Shown piece by piece: positions 55,355 to 64,000 of a DNA stretch of 64,000 bases. The DNA lies in the NCBI GenBank assembly GCA_013343275.1, contig CP046106.1:160001-224000 (forward strand). The letters are read 5' to 3'. Each line of letters begins with the position of its first letter. The stretch's first letter is position 1. The DNA is from Candidatus Nanohaloarchaea archaeon. Its GTDB lineage: Archaea > Nanohalarchaeota > Nanosalinia > Nanosalinales > Nanosalinaceae. The notes under the pieces are model-generated. The model searched no databases, was not told the origin of the DNA, and was given only the letters and a program-made list of their open reading frames with translations. A program made the position numbers and the translations under genes.

Positions 55355-56647
55355 ATGTTCGACAGGATCAAGGAATCAGTACAGAAATTCTCCCGCAAAA
55401 GTGTAGCGGACAAGGAAGCAGTCGAAGAACTGGTTAAAGATATACAGAGAGATCTGATCCAGGCCGACGTCGATGTATCACTGGTATCAGATATCAGCGA
55501 CGACATAAGAGAAAAGGCCCTGGAAGACGAAGTACCTTCAGGCCTCACAAGGAAAGAACACGTACTCGAAATAGTATACAACAAATTAGAGGAACTTCTA
55601 GGCGACGAAGCCGAAATAGAGATCGAACCACAGACAATACTACTGGCAGGCCTCTACGGAGCAGGAAAGACAACCACTACAGGAAAGCTCGCTGATTTCT
55701 ACAGGAAGCGAGGCCTCAAGGTTGGAGTGATCGCAGCAGACACCGACAGACCTGCAGCGTACGACCAGTTGAAGCAGATAGCGGAAGACGTCGATGTAGA
55801 GTTCTACGGAGAGAAGGATGCTGAGGATCCTGTCAAAGTTGTAGAGAACGGTAAACAGGCCCTTGATGTCGATGTCTTAATCGTGGATTCTGCCGGGCGA
55901 AACTCGCTTAACGAGGAACTCAGCGAGGAACTTTCACAGATGGAGGCCTCGCTTCAACCCGATGAGAAATACTTGGTTATGCCGGCAGATATCGGTCAGT
56001 CAGCGAAGAAACAGGCCGAACAGTTCGATGATGCAGTTGGTATTACCGGTGTAATTGTTACTAAGATGGATTCCTCGGCTAAAGGTGGTGGAGCACTGGT
56101 AGCATGCGAGCACTCCGGGGCCCAGGTGAAGTTTGTCGGTACAGGAGAACAGATGCAGGACCTGGATGTCTACGATCCTGTCGAGTTCGTCTCCCAGATG
56201 ATCGGCCAACCAGACCTTGAATCGCTGCTCGAAAAGATCGAGGACCTGGATACAGATCCTGAGGCCCTTCTGGAAGGAGACTTCACACTGGAGGATTTCC
56301 AGGACCAGATGGCTCAGGTAACTGATACCGGTATGATGGAGGAGATGTTCCAGCAACTACCGATAGGAGGATCACAGATACCTGACAATATCTCGAACAT
56401 GACCGAGGGAAAGATCCAGAGCTACTCGGTTATCATGGACTCCATGACTGACGAAGAGAAAAAGGATCCATCGATTATCAAGAGGGATAGAATTGAGAGA
56501 ATTGCTGAAGGTTCCGGAAAGACTGAGAGAGATGTCCGTGACCTGTTGAAGCATTACCGGCAGACAAAGAACATGATGGATAAGTTCGACAAGAAATCTC
56601 TGAAGCGTGGAAACATGCAGGATATGATGAAAAACCTGGGCTTCTGA
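55355..56647 (+). CDS. ffh: Signal recognition particle protein SRP54
   Basis: LIQADV, GAGKTTT, RPAAYDQL, DSAGR, AKGGGAL, M domain. Confidence 0.95.
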   Translation: MFDRIKESVQKFSRKSVADKEAVEELVKDIQRDLIQADVDVSLVSDISDDIREKALEDEVPSGLTRKEHVLEIVYNKLEELLGDEAEIEIEPQTILLAGLYGAGKTTTTGKLADFYRKRGLKVGVIAADTDRPAAYDQLKQIAEDVDVEFYGEKDAEDPVKVVENGKQALDVDVLIVDSAGRNSLNEELSEELSQMEASLQPDEKYLVMPADIGQSAKKQAEQFDDAVGITGVIVTKMDSSAKGGGALVACEHSGAQVKFVGTGEQMQDLDVYDPVEFVSQMIGQPDLESLLEKIEDLDTDPEALLEGDFTLEDFQDQMAQVTDTGMMEEMFQQLPIGGSQIPDNISNMTEGKIQSYSVIMDSMTDEEKKDPSIIKRDRIERIAEGSGKTERDVRDLLKHYRQTKNMMDKFDKKSLKRGNMQDMMKNLGF

Positions 56648-56667
56648 AACTCTAGGCACTCCAGACT

Positions 56668-56973
56668 TTAAGGCTTTAACTCCTTGTTCTTGATCTCTTC
56701 ACGGATCTCATCTATATCTTCGTCGTCGTAGAACTTTCTTTTACCCAGTCGTCTCTCAATCATCTCTTCTTTCTCAAGGTATTCTTTCTGGACATCTTCA
56801 TCAAGCATTGAGAGTTTGGCGTGTGCGGTCTCAGAGGAAACCGTTAAACTATCTATTACAGAAAGCCATTTGGAGGGAATATTGTAGTCGATGCTGGAGA
56901 GGGCTCTAGTTACTCCTAGAGAGGCCATCAAAATCTTCTTTCTCAGCTCCTGCCGTAAACTTCTTTTCTTCAT
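56668..56973 (-). CDS. Hypothetical protein
   Basis: 101-aa ORF filling the intergenic space. Confidence 0.45.
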   Translation of the reverse strand: MKKRSLRQELRKKILMASLGVTRALSSIDYNIPSKWLSVIDSLTVSSETAHAKLSMLDEDVQKEYLEKEEMIERRLGKRKFYDDEDIDEIREEIKNKELKP

Positions 56974-57078
56974 TATCGGTCATCTATTCAACCCCTCCTG
57001 CATAAACATAGCCCCCGTATTAAACCCTCTTGATCCCTGCTATATAAAATATTCCGAGGCCCAGAGTTACCTGTTACA

Positions 57079-57621
57079 ATGATCGCAGTAGTATCCGACT
57101 CACATGTTCCGACCAGGGCAGAGAAAATACCTGAAGAATACAGGGAGAAGATGAAAGAGGCAGAACTGACAGTCCACGCCGGAGACTTCGCGGAAAAACC
57201 TGTTTACAACAGTATAGATGAGTATGGAGAACTTGTAGCAGTAAAGGGCAACTGCGACTTCTTCGATCTACCTAACAGCGAAACTTTCGAGAGAAAAAGT
57301 CTAAAATTCGGAGTCTACCATGGAACCGGGATCAACCCTCGTGGAGATCAGGAAACCCTGGCAAAGATCGCGCAGGAAGACCTGGAAGCCGATGTACTTA
57401 TTCACGGCCACTCCCATCAAGAAGAAATAGCGAAGGAAGACGGTGTAATACTTCTCAACCCCGGTAGCTGCACAGGGGTAGGCGGAGGATCTGCGAGACC
57501 TTCCAACCCGACAATGATGGAAGTAGAGCTGGAAGACGGAGAACTGGAGGCCCGGATTCTGGAGAAAGATGAGGAGTCCGGAGAGATCTCCGTTAAGGAA
57601 TCCCGAACTTTCGAAATCTAG
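57079..57621 (+). CDS. Metallophosphoesterase (YfcE/Vps29 family)
   Basis: SDSH, HAGD, GNCD, HG, GHSH, NPGS. Confidence 0.9.
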   Translation: MIAVVSDSHVPTRAEKIPEEYREKMKEAELTVHAGDFAEKPVYNSIDEYGELVAVKGNCDFFDLPNSETFERKSLKFGVYHGTGINPRGDQETLAKIAQEDLEADVLIHGHSHQEEIAKEDGVILLNPGSCTGVGGGSARPSNPTMMEVELEDGELEARILEKDEESGEISVKESRTFEI

Positions 57622-57662
57622 AAGGGTTATCCCATAAAAGATTGCCTTTCTCATCCAAGTCC

Positions 57663-58931
57663 ATGAACATTCAAACAGTATTTGACAAAGCACAGGCCAT
57701 TCTCGAAGATGAAGACCTATGTGACCACTGTCTTGGCAGGCAGTTCGCACAGCTAGGCCACGGCCTTGAAAACTGGGAGCGCGGAGCTATAATCCGTGAC
57801 ACAGATTTCGGAGAACTGGATGAAGACTCCTTCGTTAGAGAAAATATTCCGGAAGACGCAGAGTATGGAAAAGGATCGGAGGAATGCGACTTGTGCGATA
57901 ATATCTTCGGAGAAGTCGACCGGTACACAGACATGGTGATCGACTCATTCGAAAGATACGAACTTGAAACCTTCCTGGTTGGCATAAGGCCTCCTGAAGA
58001 TGCATTTCAGGCTGAGGAAGATCTCTGGGAGGAGTACGGAGTAGAGTGGACGGAACCTGTCAAGACCGAGCTCTCACGACTGATCGGAAAAAGAATCGAA
58101 GACAGAACCGATCACAGCGTAGACTTTGAAAGGGCCGATATCATGGCCGTAGTCGATATGAGGGAGGGAAAGGAGCGTGTAGAGCTGCAGGTTAACTCTC
58201 TTCTCATCTACTCGCAGTACAACAAGTACTCACGTGAAATCCCGCAGACTGAATGGCACTGCAGAAACTGCAGAGGCAGCGGATGCGATGAATGCGACTG
58301 GACGGGCAAGAACTATCCTACCAGCGTACAGGAGGAAATTATGGATCCCTTCCTACGAGAATCGAAGGCTATTGAGGCCAAGTTCCATGGAAACGGCCGT
58401 GAAGACGTCGACGCTAAATGCTTCGGCCGCAGAGAGTTCGTCCTCGAATTAATTGAGCCTTTGAACCGTGATCTGGACCTCGAGGCCTTACAGGAAGAAG
58501 TAAACGAATCTACCGACAAGATAGAAATCTTTGAGACACAGTGGACACACAAGGATAAAATAGAGGAAATCAAGGAAACTCGTACAGATAAGGCCTACAG
58601 AGCAGTTATCGAGCTTTCGGAGGACGTCGATGAGGAAGATCTGGAAGTTCTTGATGATCTTGTTGGTACGATTGAGCAGAGAACGCCGGAAAGAGTCGAG
58701 CATCGCAGGGCCGATAAGGTCCGGAAGAGAGAGGTCTACGAGATAGAGTACGAGAAGACTGGCGAGAGAACGATTGAACTCGAGGTAAAGGCCGAGGCCG
58801 GTACGTACATCAAGGAGATGATCTCTTCTGATAACGGCCGGACGGAGCCAAGTGTAGCAGGCCTTCTGGGCGTTGATGCCGAGTGTACTCACCTGGATGT
58901 TTCCTGGGTTGAGAAAGTAGGCAACGAGTAA
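57663..58931 (+). CDS. pus10: tRNA pseudouridine(54/55) synthase Pus10
   Basis: CDHCLGR, Y.KY.R.IPQT.W, FHG.GREDVDA, QRTP.RV..RR, GTYIKE. Confidence 0.93.
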   Translation: MNIQTVFDKAQAILEDEDLCDHCLGRQFAQLGHGLENWERGAIIRDTDFGELDEDSFVRENIPEDAEYGKGSEECDLCDNIFGEVDRYTDMVIDSFERYELETFLVGIRPPEDAFQAEEDLWEEYGVEWTEPVKTELSRLIGKRIEDRTDHSVDFERADIMAVVDMREGKERVELQVNSLLIYSQYNKYSREIPQTEWHCRNCRGSGCDECDWTGKNYPTSVQEEIMDPFLRESKAIEAKFHGNGREDVDAKCFGRREFVLELIEPLNRDLDLEALQEEVNESTDKIEIFETQWTHKDKIEEIKETRTDKAYRAVIELSEDVDEEDLEVLDDLVGTIEQRTPERVEHRRADKVRKREVYEIEYEKTGERTIELEVKAEAGTYIKEMISSDNGRTEPSVAGLLGVDAECTHLDVSWVEKVGNE

Positions 58932-59001
58932 AGGCCTTTTCAGCCACTTCTTTAAAAAGTTTTAATTCCCGATCTTTCTATATAACGAGGTAAAACTTAA
59001 T

Positions 59002-59298
59002 ATGGCAGAGAAATCCAGAGGAGCACTTCATGGCTCAAGGAAGAAATTCAAGCGTGAACAGGGAGCGAAAACCAAGGTCAACGAATACCTTAAGGAGTTT
59101 GAGGAAGGCGAACAGGCCTTGATCAAGATTGACTCTTCGGTACAGGAAGGTCAGCCTCACGCACGTTTCCACGGTACAACAGTAAAAGTTACCGGTGAGA
59201 GAGGAGATGCCTACGAAGTCAAGTTCAATGATGGAGGACAGGAAAAGACGCTTTATGTCGCACCAGTACATCTCCAGAAGCTAAACGAGGAAGAATAG
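59002..59298 (+). CDS. rpl21e: 50S ribosomal protein L21e
   Basis: S.G.....R, G.PH.RFHG.T..V, PVHL. Confidence 0.92.
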   Translation: MAEKSRGALHGSRKKFKREQGAKTKVNEYLKEFEEGEQALIKIDSSVQEGQPHARFHGTTVKVTGERGDAYEVKFNDGGQEKTLYVAPVHLQKLNEEE

Positions 59299-59312
59299 AG
59301 GTTCGATAAAAA

Positions 59313-59648
59313 ATGGAAATTAAAGAAGAGGAACATGTTTACCCGGTAGAGGCCCTCAATGCTCTCCAGGAGAGAGATGAAGAGGAGCTGACTCACGAGC
59401 AGAAGATCGCGCTTGAAAATCTTTCCCGACACGTTAAGGTTGACGACGTAGATACTCTGGAAGAACTCTACGACGAGTTCACGGAGATCGATGATCTGAA
59501 GGACAAGCATATCTTCAAGCTACTGGAAGTAGTACCGCAGCATGAGTCAACAGTTAGATCGGTTTTCTCCAAGGAGAGAATCAAGCTGGATGACTCACAG
59601 ATCGAGGACATCCTCGAAATCTGTCAGAGCATTGAAACCGTAAACTAG
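59313..59648 (+). CDS. rpo4: RNA polymerase subunit Rpo4 (F)
   Basis: EL.HEQ..AL; conserved rpl21e-rpo4-DUF655-rsmA order. Confidence 0.88.
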   Translation: MEIKEEEHVYPVEALNALQERDEEELTHEQKIALENLSRHVKVDDVDTLEELYDEFTEIDDLKDKHIFKLLEVVPQHESTVRSVFSKERIKLDDSQIEDILEICQSIETVN

Positions 59649-59746
59649 GAGCGGGAAACCCTTTTAACTTCTTGACTCTCTTTAATACTTTACTAGAGGG
59701 CCTTATGCCTTCTGCGTAAAACCCTTTTTGGAGGATTTGATAAACA

Positions 59747-60286
59747 ATGGCAGGAAAAGACGAATACATAAGAGTACTAGATTTCCTTGAGCACGGAAAA
59801 TCAGGGCAGAAAGATGAACCAACAACTCAGGGAATAGGAAAAGAGCACTACAACCTTCTAGAGGTCGTAATGAGAGATGAAGAAAGGCCTAAAGGAGGGG
59901 AAGAGCTCTACATCGGTGAAGGAGAAAGAGACCGCGTCCAGTACATCAAAGACAAGATCTCTTACGACGATCTTACTGCCAGTGCAAAGTCCGAACTGAA
60001 ATACGTTCTCAGAGAACTGATTGAGGAGAAAGAAGACGAGTTCGTCGAATTCTTCAACGAAGCTACACCTGTCACACCGAGAAGACACGCATTCGAACTC
60101 CTTCCAGGAATCGGAAGCAAACACATGCAGAAACTTCTCGACGAAAGAGAAGAGGAAGAGTTCGAAAGCCTGGACGATGTTAAAGGGAGAGTACCTTCCA
60201 TGCCAGACCCAAGAGATACTCTTGTCAAGAGAATCAAGGAAGAGCTCAAAGGAGATGCCAAGAGAAACCTTTTCGTAAGTAAATGA
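59747..60286 (+). CDS. DUF655 family RNA-binding protein
   Basis: VLDFL, LLE, FFN.A..VT.R.H..ELLPGIG. Confidence 0.9.
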   Translation: MAGKDEYIRVLDFLEHGKSGQKDEPTTQGIGKEHYNLLEVVMRDEERPKGGEELYIGEGERDRVQYIKDKISYDDLTASAKSELKYVLRELIEEKEDEFVEFFNEATPVTPRRHAFELLPGIGSKHMQKLLDEREEEEFESLDDVKGRVPSMPDPRDTLVKRIKEELKGDAKRNLFVSK

Positions 60287-61077
60287 ACACCAGACAGGAA
60301 CTTCAGAAGCTCGGAGTAAGACCGGTAGAAGGCCAGAACTTTCTAACATCAGAAAACACTGTGGAGGCTCTCGTAGAAGCCGGCGAAGTAGAAAATAACG
60401 TAGTTCTCGAGATAGGATCCGGAACAGGGGCTATCACTGAGAAACTTGCGGAGAAGGCAGAGAAAGTCTACGCAGTAGAATCCGACACGACACTGGCCAA
60501 ACACGTTGAAAGCCTTGAACTGGAGAACGTGGAAGTCATCAACAAGAGCATACTTGAATACGAAATCCCAGAGGAAGTCGACCGCTGTGTCGGCAACATA
60601 CCTTTCCAGATTTCCTCCAAGATACTGGACAGCCTCGGAGAGAAACAGATACAGGCCTCGCTGCTGGTCCAGAAAGAGCTGGCGGAGAAAGCAGTGGCTG
60701 ATCCCGGCGACAAAAACTACGGGTTTTTCTCAGTCAGAATCAACTACTACTACGTACCTGTAAAACTCAGAACAGTACCGGCCCGCAACTTCTACCCATC
60801 ACCAGATGTAGACGGTGCAATCCTCAAACTTTATCCGAACAAAGAGCGTCACGGAATAGAGGATGAAGAGGCCTTCCTCAAAGTTGCAAAGGCTCTATTC
60901 ACCCACAAGAGAAAGAAGATCAGGAATTCCTTCGTCGATGTACGCCACATACTGGATATCGACAAGGACAGGGCTAAAGAACTGAGAGATGAGATACCGC
61001 ACTCCGAGAAACGTGTTATCAATCTGAACGTGAAGGAGATCAACGAGATAGCGGAGTTCTATCTGGACAACTTCTAG
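60283..61077 (+). CDS. rsmA: 16S rRNA dimethyladenosine transferase
   Basis: GQNFL, VLEIG.G.G.IT, NIPF.IS, F.P.P.VD. Confidence 0.92.
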   Translation: MNTRQELQKLGVRPVEGQNFLTSENTVEALVEAGEVENNVVLEIGSGTGAITEKLAEKAEKVYAVESDTTLAKHVESLELENVEVINKSILEYEIPEEVDRCVGNIPFQISSKILDSLGEKQIQASLLVQKELAEKAVADPGDKNYGFFSVRINYYYVPVKLRTVPARNFYPSPDVDGAILKLYPNKERHGIEDEEAFLKVAKALFTHKRKKIRNSFVDVRHILDIDKDRAKELRDEIPHSEKRVINLNVKEINEIAEFYLDNF

Positions 61078-61128
61078 AACACGCCGGTGTAGAAACTTTT
61101 TAACTCAGCAAAGGCCTAAGTAGACTAT

Positions 61129-61422
61129 ATGAGGAAAATATCTCTGCTGGCAGCAATCATGATTCTCTCCGTAGGCCTATCTGCAGGAATTACAATAAAT
61201 ATCGACATATTCAACTTCGGAGGAGACAAAAATAGTCAGAACGCCAGCAACCCTGAAAACTCCACGCAGAAAGATCCTACACCTGCCAGAGATACTACTG
61301 TCGAACAGCAGGATAAGGTAAATCCTGGCGAGCAGAGGAAGATGGAGAGAAATCCCATAACACAGGAGAAAAATCCGGGCCTCGGTTCGAAGATCAAGTC
61401 GTTCATTCTCTCGCTTCTTTAA
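61129..61422 (+). CDS. Small secreted hypothetical protein
   Basis: Signal peptide followed by a low-complexity polar region. Confidence 0.55.
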   Translation: MRKISLLAAIMILSVGLSAGITINIDIFNFGGDKNSQNASNPENSTQKDPTPARDTTVEQQDKVNPGEQRKMERNPITQEKNPGLGSKIKSFILSLL

Positions 61423-61453
61423 GATATAAATTTCAGGCCTCCGCGATTATATT

Positions 61454-63028
61454 ATGCCGAAGTGGATCTTTGTTACGGGAGGAGTTCTTTCCGGACTGGG
61501 TAAAGGCCTGGTCTCTGCAAGTGTTTCCAAACTTCTACAGCAACGCGATTTAACCATCACTCCGATAAAATGTGACGGATACCTGAACGTCGATCCAGGG
61601 ACAATGAACCCGCATGAACACGGAGAGGTATTTGTTCTGGAGGACGGTACCGAGGTGGACATGGACTTCGGCCACTACGAAAGATTTCTCGGAGTAGAGA
61701 CCTCCGGCAAACAGAACCTGACATCGGGCAAAGTATTCAAACAGGTAATTGAAAAGGAAAGAGAAGGAGAATACCTCGGGAAAACAGTTCAGATGGTGCC
61801 TCACGTAACAGACCACATGAAAGACCTGATGAGAGAGGCGGGGGAGGAGAAAGACTCCGACATCAATATAGTTGAGATCGGAGGAACTGTCGGCGATATC
61901 GAAAACCAGGTATTCCTTGAGGCCGTCCGCCAGCTCAGAAGCCAGTTACCGGAAGAGGATACCTACCTGATCCACACCACGCTCGTTCCCTACCTTGATA
62001 CAGTTGGAGAGCAGAAGACCAAGCCGACACAGCACTCAGTCAAAGAGCTCCAGAGCCTTGGCCTTGAACCTGATATGATTGTCGGAAGAAGCGGAGAGGA
62101 ACTGGACGAAGAAGTTAGGAGGAAGATAGCGCTCTTCTGCGATGTGGAGGAGGAAGAGGTAATCTCAGATCCTGATCTGGAGTATATCTACCAGCTGCCG
62201 ATAGAACTGGACGAACAGAGCGTTGACAAGATCATAGCCGGAAAAATGCAGCTAGCCGAGAAAAACGGAGGCCTGAAGGAATGGAGAAGCAGGGCTGAAA
62301 ACCTGAAAAACGATACAATCTCCAGCATAGCAATCTGTGGAAAATACACGGATATAGATGATTCCTATGCATCTGTAGAGGAGGCCCTGAAGCATGCAGG
62401 AGCGGAGCTTGGTGGCCAGGTAGAGATAGAGTACATAGGAACCGAAGAATTCCATAAAGAAGACCTTGAAGGCTTTGACGGCGTGATAATTCCTGGTGGA
62501 TTCGGGTCAAGAGGTGTAGAAGGAAAGATACAGGCCATAGAATACTGCAGGGAAAACGATATTCCATTGCTGGGCCTGTGCTACGGGATGCAGTTGATGA
62601 CCGTTGAGTTCGCAAGAAATGTGCTTGGAATTGAGGACGCTGCTTCAGAGGAGTTTGCCGACGATAAAGAAGGGCAGGAGCTGGTAGTAGCGGAGATGTC
62701 AGGCCAGAAAGACATAGATGAAATGGGAGGTACGATGAGACTTGGTAGTTACACAGCAGAGGTAGAAGGCCAGGTCAAAGAAATCTACGGATCAGCAACA
62801 GCAACAGAAAGGCACCGCCACAGATACGAACTTAATCCTGATTTCCACGACAGGCTGGAGGCAGAGGGCCTGAAAATCTCAGGTAAGATGCAGGAAGGGA
62901 ACCTGGCAGAGTACATCGAACTGCCGGAGAACAACTTCTTTATAGGAACACAGGCCCACCCAGAGTTCACATCCACCTTCGAAAATCCAAACCCACTGTA
63001 CCTATCGTTCCTTGAATCCACGACATGA
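61454..63028 (+). CDS. pyrG: CTP synthase
   Basis: FVTGGV.SGLGKG, DPGTMNP.EHGEV, KTKPTQHSV, GLCYGMQ, ERHRHRYE, Q.HPE. Confidence 0.97.
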   Translation: MPKWIFVTGGVLSGLGKGLVSASVSKLLQQRDLTITPIKCDGYLNVDPGTMNPHEHGEVFVLEDGTEVDMDFGHYERFLGVETSGKQNLTSGKVFKQVIEKEREGEYLGKTVQMVPHVTDHMKDLMREAGEEKDSDINIVEIGGTVGDIENQVFLEAVRQLRSQLPEEDTYLIHTTLVPYLDTVGEQKTKPTQHSVKELQSLGLEPDMIVGRSGEELDEEVRRKIALFCDVEEEEVISDPDLEYIYQLPIELDEQSVDKIIAGKMQLAEKNGGLKEWRSRAENLKNDTISSIAICGKYTDIDDSYASVEEALKHAGAELGGQVEIEYIGTEEFHKEDLEGFDGVIIPGGFGSRGVEGKIQAIEYCRENDIPLLGLCYGMQLMTVEFARNVLGIEDAASEEFADDKEGQELVVAEMSGQKDIDEMGGTMRLGSYTAEVEGQVKEIYGSATATERHRHRYELNPDFHDRLEAEGLKISGKMQEGNLAEYIELPENNFFIGTQAHPEFTSTFENPNPLYLSFLESTT

Positions 63029-63549
63029 CAGTATACAAACCTTCCGAAGACACCTACTTTCTCAGAGACTATCTTAGAGAGAACATAGATATCGAAGGCC
63101 AGAAGTTCCTCGAAATAGGAACAGGTAACGGGGAAATAGCGCTCTACGCCGCAGAAGAAGGAGCAGAAGTAACGGCCTCCGATATAAATACTGAAGCACT
63201 TCGACAGGTAAAGGAGAAAGCTGAGAGAAAAGGCCTGGAAATAGATCTAGTTGAATCAGAGCTTTTCGAGAATATAGAAGGCCTTTACGATGTTATAGTG
63301 TTTAACCCTCCGTACCTGCCAGGTGAGGAAGGTCTGGGGGATGAAGAGATATGGCGCGGCGGGGAAAAAGGTATAGAGGTCAGCAGAAAGTTTCTTGAGA
63401 ATGTTGAAAATTATCTCTCTGAAGATGGTTCTTTCTACTTTGTGGCAAGTTCTCTTGCCGAGTATAAGGAGCTAGTCGATGAGTTCAATCTGGAAATCCT
63501 GGGTGAAAAGGAGCTGTGGTTTGAAACTCTGTATATTCTCGGTAAATAG
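63025..63549 (+). CDS. HemK2/Mtq2-type glutamine methyltransferase
   Basis: VY.PSEDT, LEIGTG.G, FNPPY. Confidence 0.88.
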   Translation: MTVYKPSEDTYFLRDYLRENIDIEGQKFLEIGTGNGEIALYAAEEGAEVTASDINTEALRQVKEKAERKGLEIDLVESELFENIEGLYDVIVFNPPYLPGEEGLGDEEIWRGGEKGIEVSRKFLENVENYLSEDGSFYFVASSLAEYKELVDEFNLEILGEKELWFETLYILGK

Positions 63550-63580
63550 ATTTTTTAACACCGTTTGATAAAGAATTGAT

Positions 63581-64000
63581 ATGTCTGCAGGCAGAAATCT
63601 AGCTAAGTCACTTGCCCTGATTTCAACCCTTCTAGTTACAGTCTCTCTTGCCGCTTCTGCATCAGCTTGGCAGATAAACCTGCTTGGAACTCCAAGCAGC
63701 TACCAGCAAATCTCGCCCTACGGAGGGACAGTTCAGTATATCGAGATAGTGGATAGAGATACTGGCACACCTATCACCAAAAGCATTCTAGAAGACAGCG
63801 GCGGAAGAGCAGAATGGATTTACAAGGAGAACGGAACCTTTCAGGCTGAAGGCGATCTCAACTACCTCAAAGATGGAATCTGGTACGTGAGGCATACAGT
63901 AGGTAATAAATCCGGTAGTTTCAGGTTTGAAGTACAGCAAGATAATCTAGATCCTGAAGCCAACAAGACAAAGGCCATTACTGTAACAAATACTTCTGTA
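63581..64000 (+). CDS. Secreted/surface protein, N-terminal part, runs off the window edge
   Basis: ATG 63581, signal peptide MSAGRNLAKSLALISTLLVTVSLAASASA, frame open to the end of the window. Confidence 0.65.
   Translation, partial: MSAGRNLAKSLALISTLLVTVSLAASASAWQINLLGTPSSYQQISPYGGTVQYIEIVDRDTGTPITKSILEDSGGRAEWIYKENGTFQAEGDLNYLKDGIWYVRHTVGNKSGSFRFEVQQDNLDPEANKTKAITVTNTSV

Noticed and set aside
1-64000. CRISPR arrays, transposases, integrases or a second VR
   Set aside because: None recognised by eye; a diverged remote VR or short element cannot be excluded without computation

Overview
Archaeal chromosomal DNA. The acidic proteome, archaeal histone, Cdc6/Orc1, Rpo4, Pus10, L21e/LX and compact, mostly leaderless genes fit a Nanohaloarchaeota-like (DPANN) genome; this lineage call is inference. 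Most of the window is housekeeping: ileS, cysS, pyrG, ffh, ftsY, SRP RNA, a lone 5S rRNA, three tRNAs, hef and dinB. The left end carries a complete fructose-type PTS cluster with 1-phosphofructokinase. The main accessory system is an intact diversity-generating retroelement (about 47.3-50.7 kb). Its 112-bp template repeat (TR) and variable repeat (VR) differ at 17 positions, all at TR adenines. It encodes Avd, a second four-helix-bundle protein and a DGR reverse transcriptase. Its target is a class III (pilin-type) signal peptide fused to an FGE/C-type-lectin domain, with a (CA)7 microsatellite in the leader, next to a prepilin peptidase and an archaeosortase-like gene. Further signals: the palindrome AGGCCT is roughly 10-fold over-represented and sits at an apparent deletion junction in a PAP2 pseudogene; tRNA-Tyr and tRNA-Cys each have a short copy of their own 5' end about 60 nt upstream; and the SRP RNA has a UGAC helix-8 loop instead of GNRA. 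All alignments and counts were done by eye.
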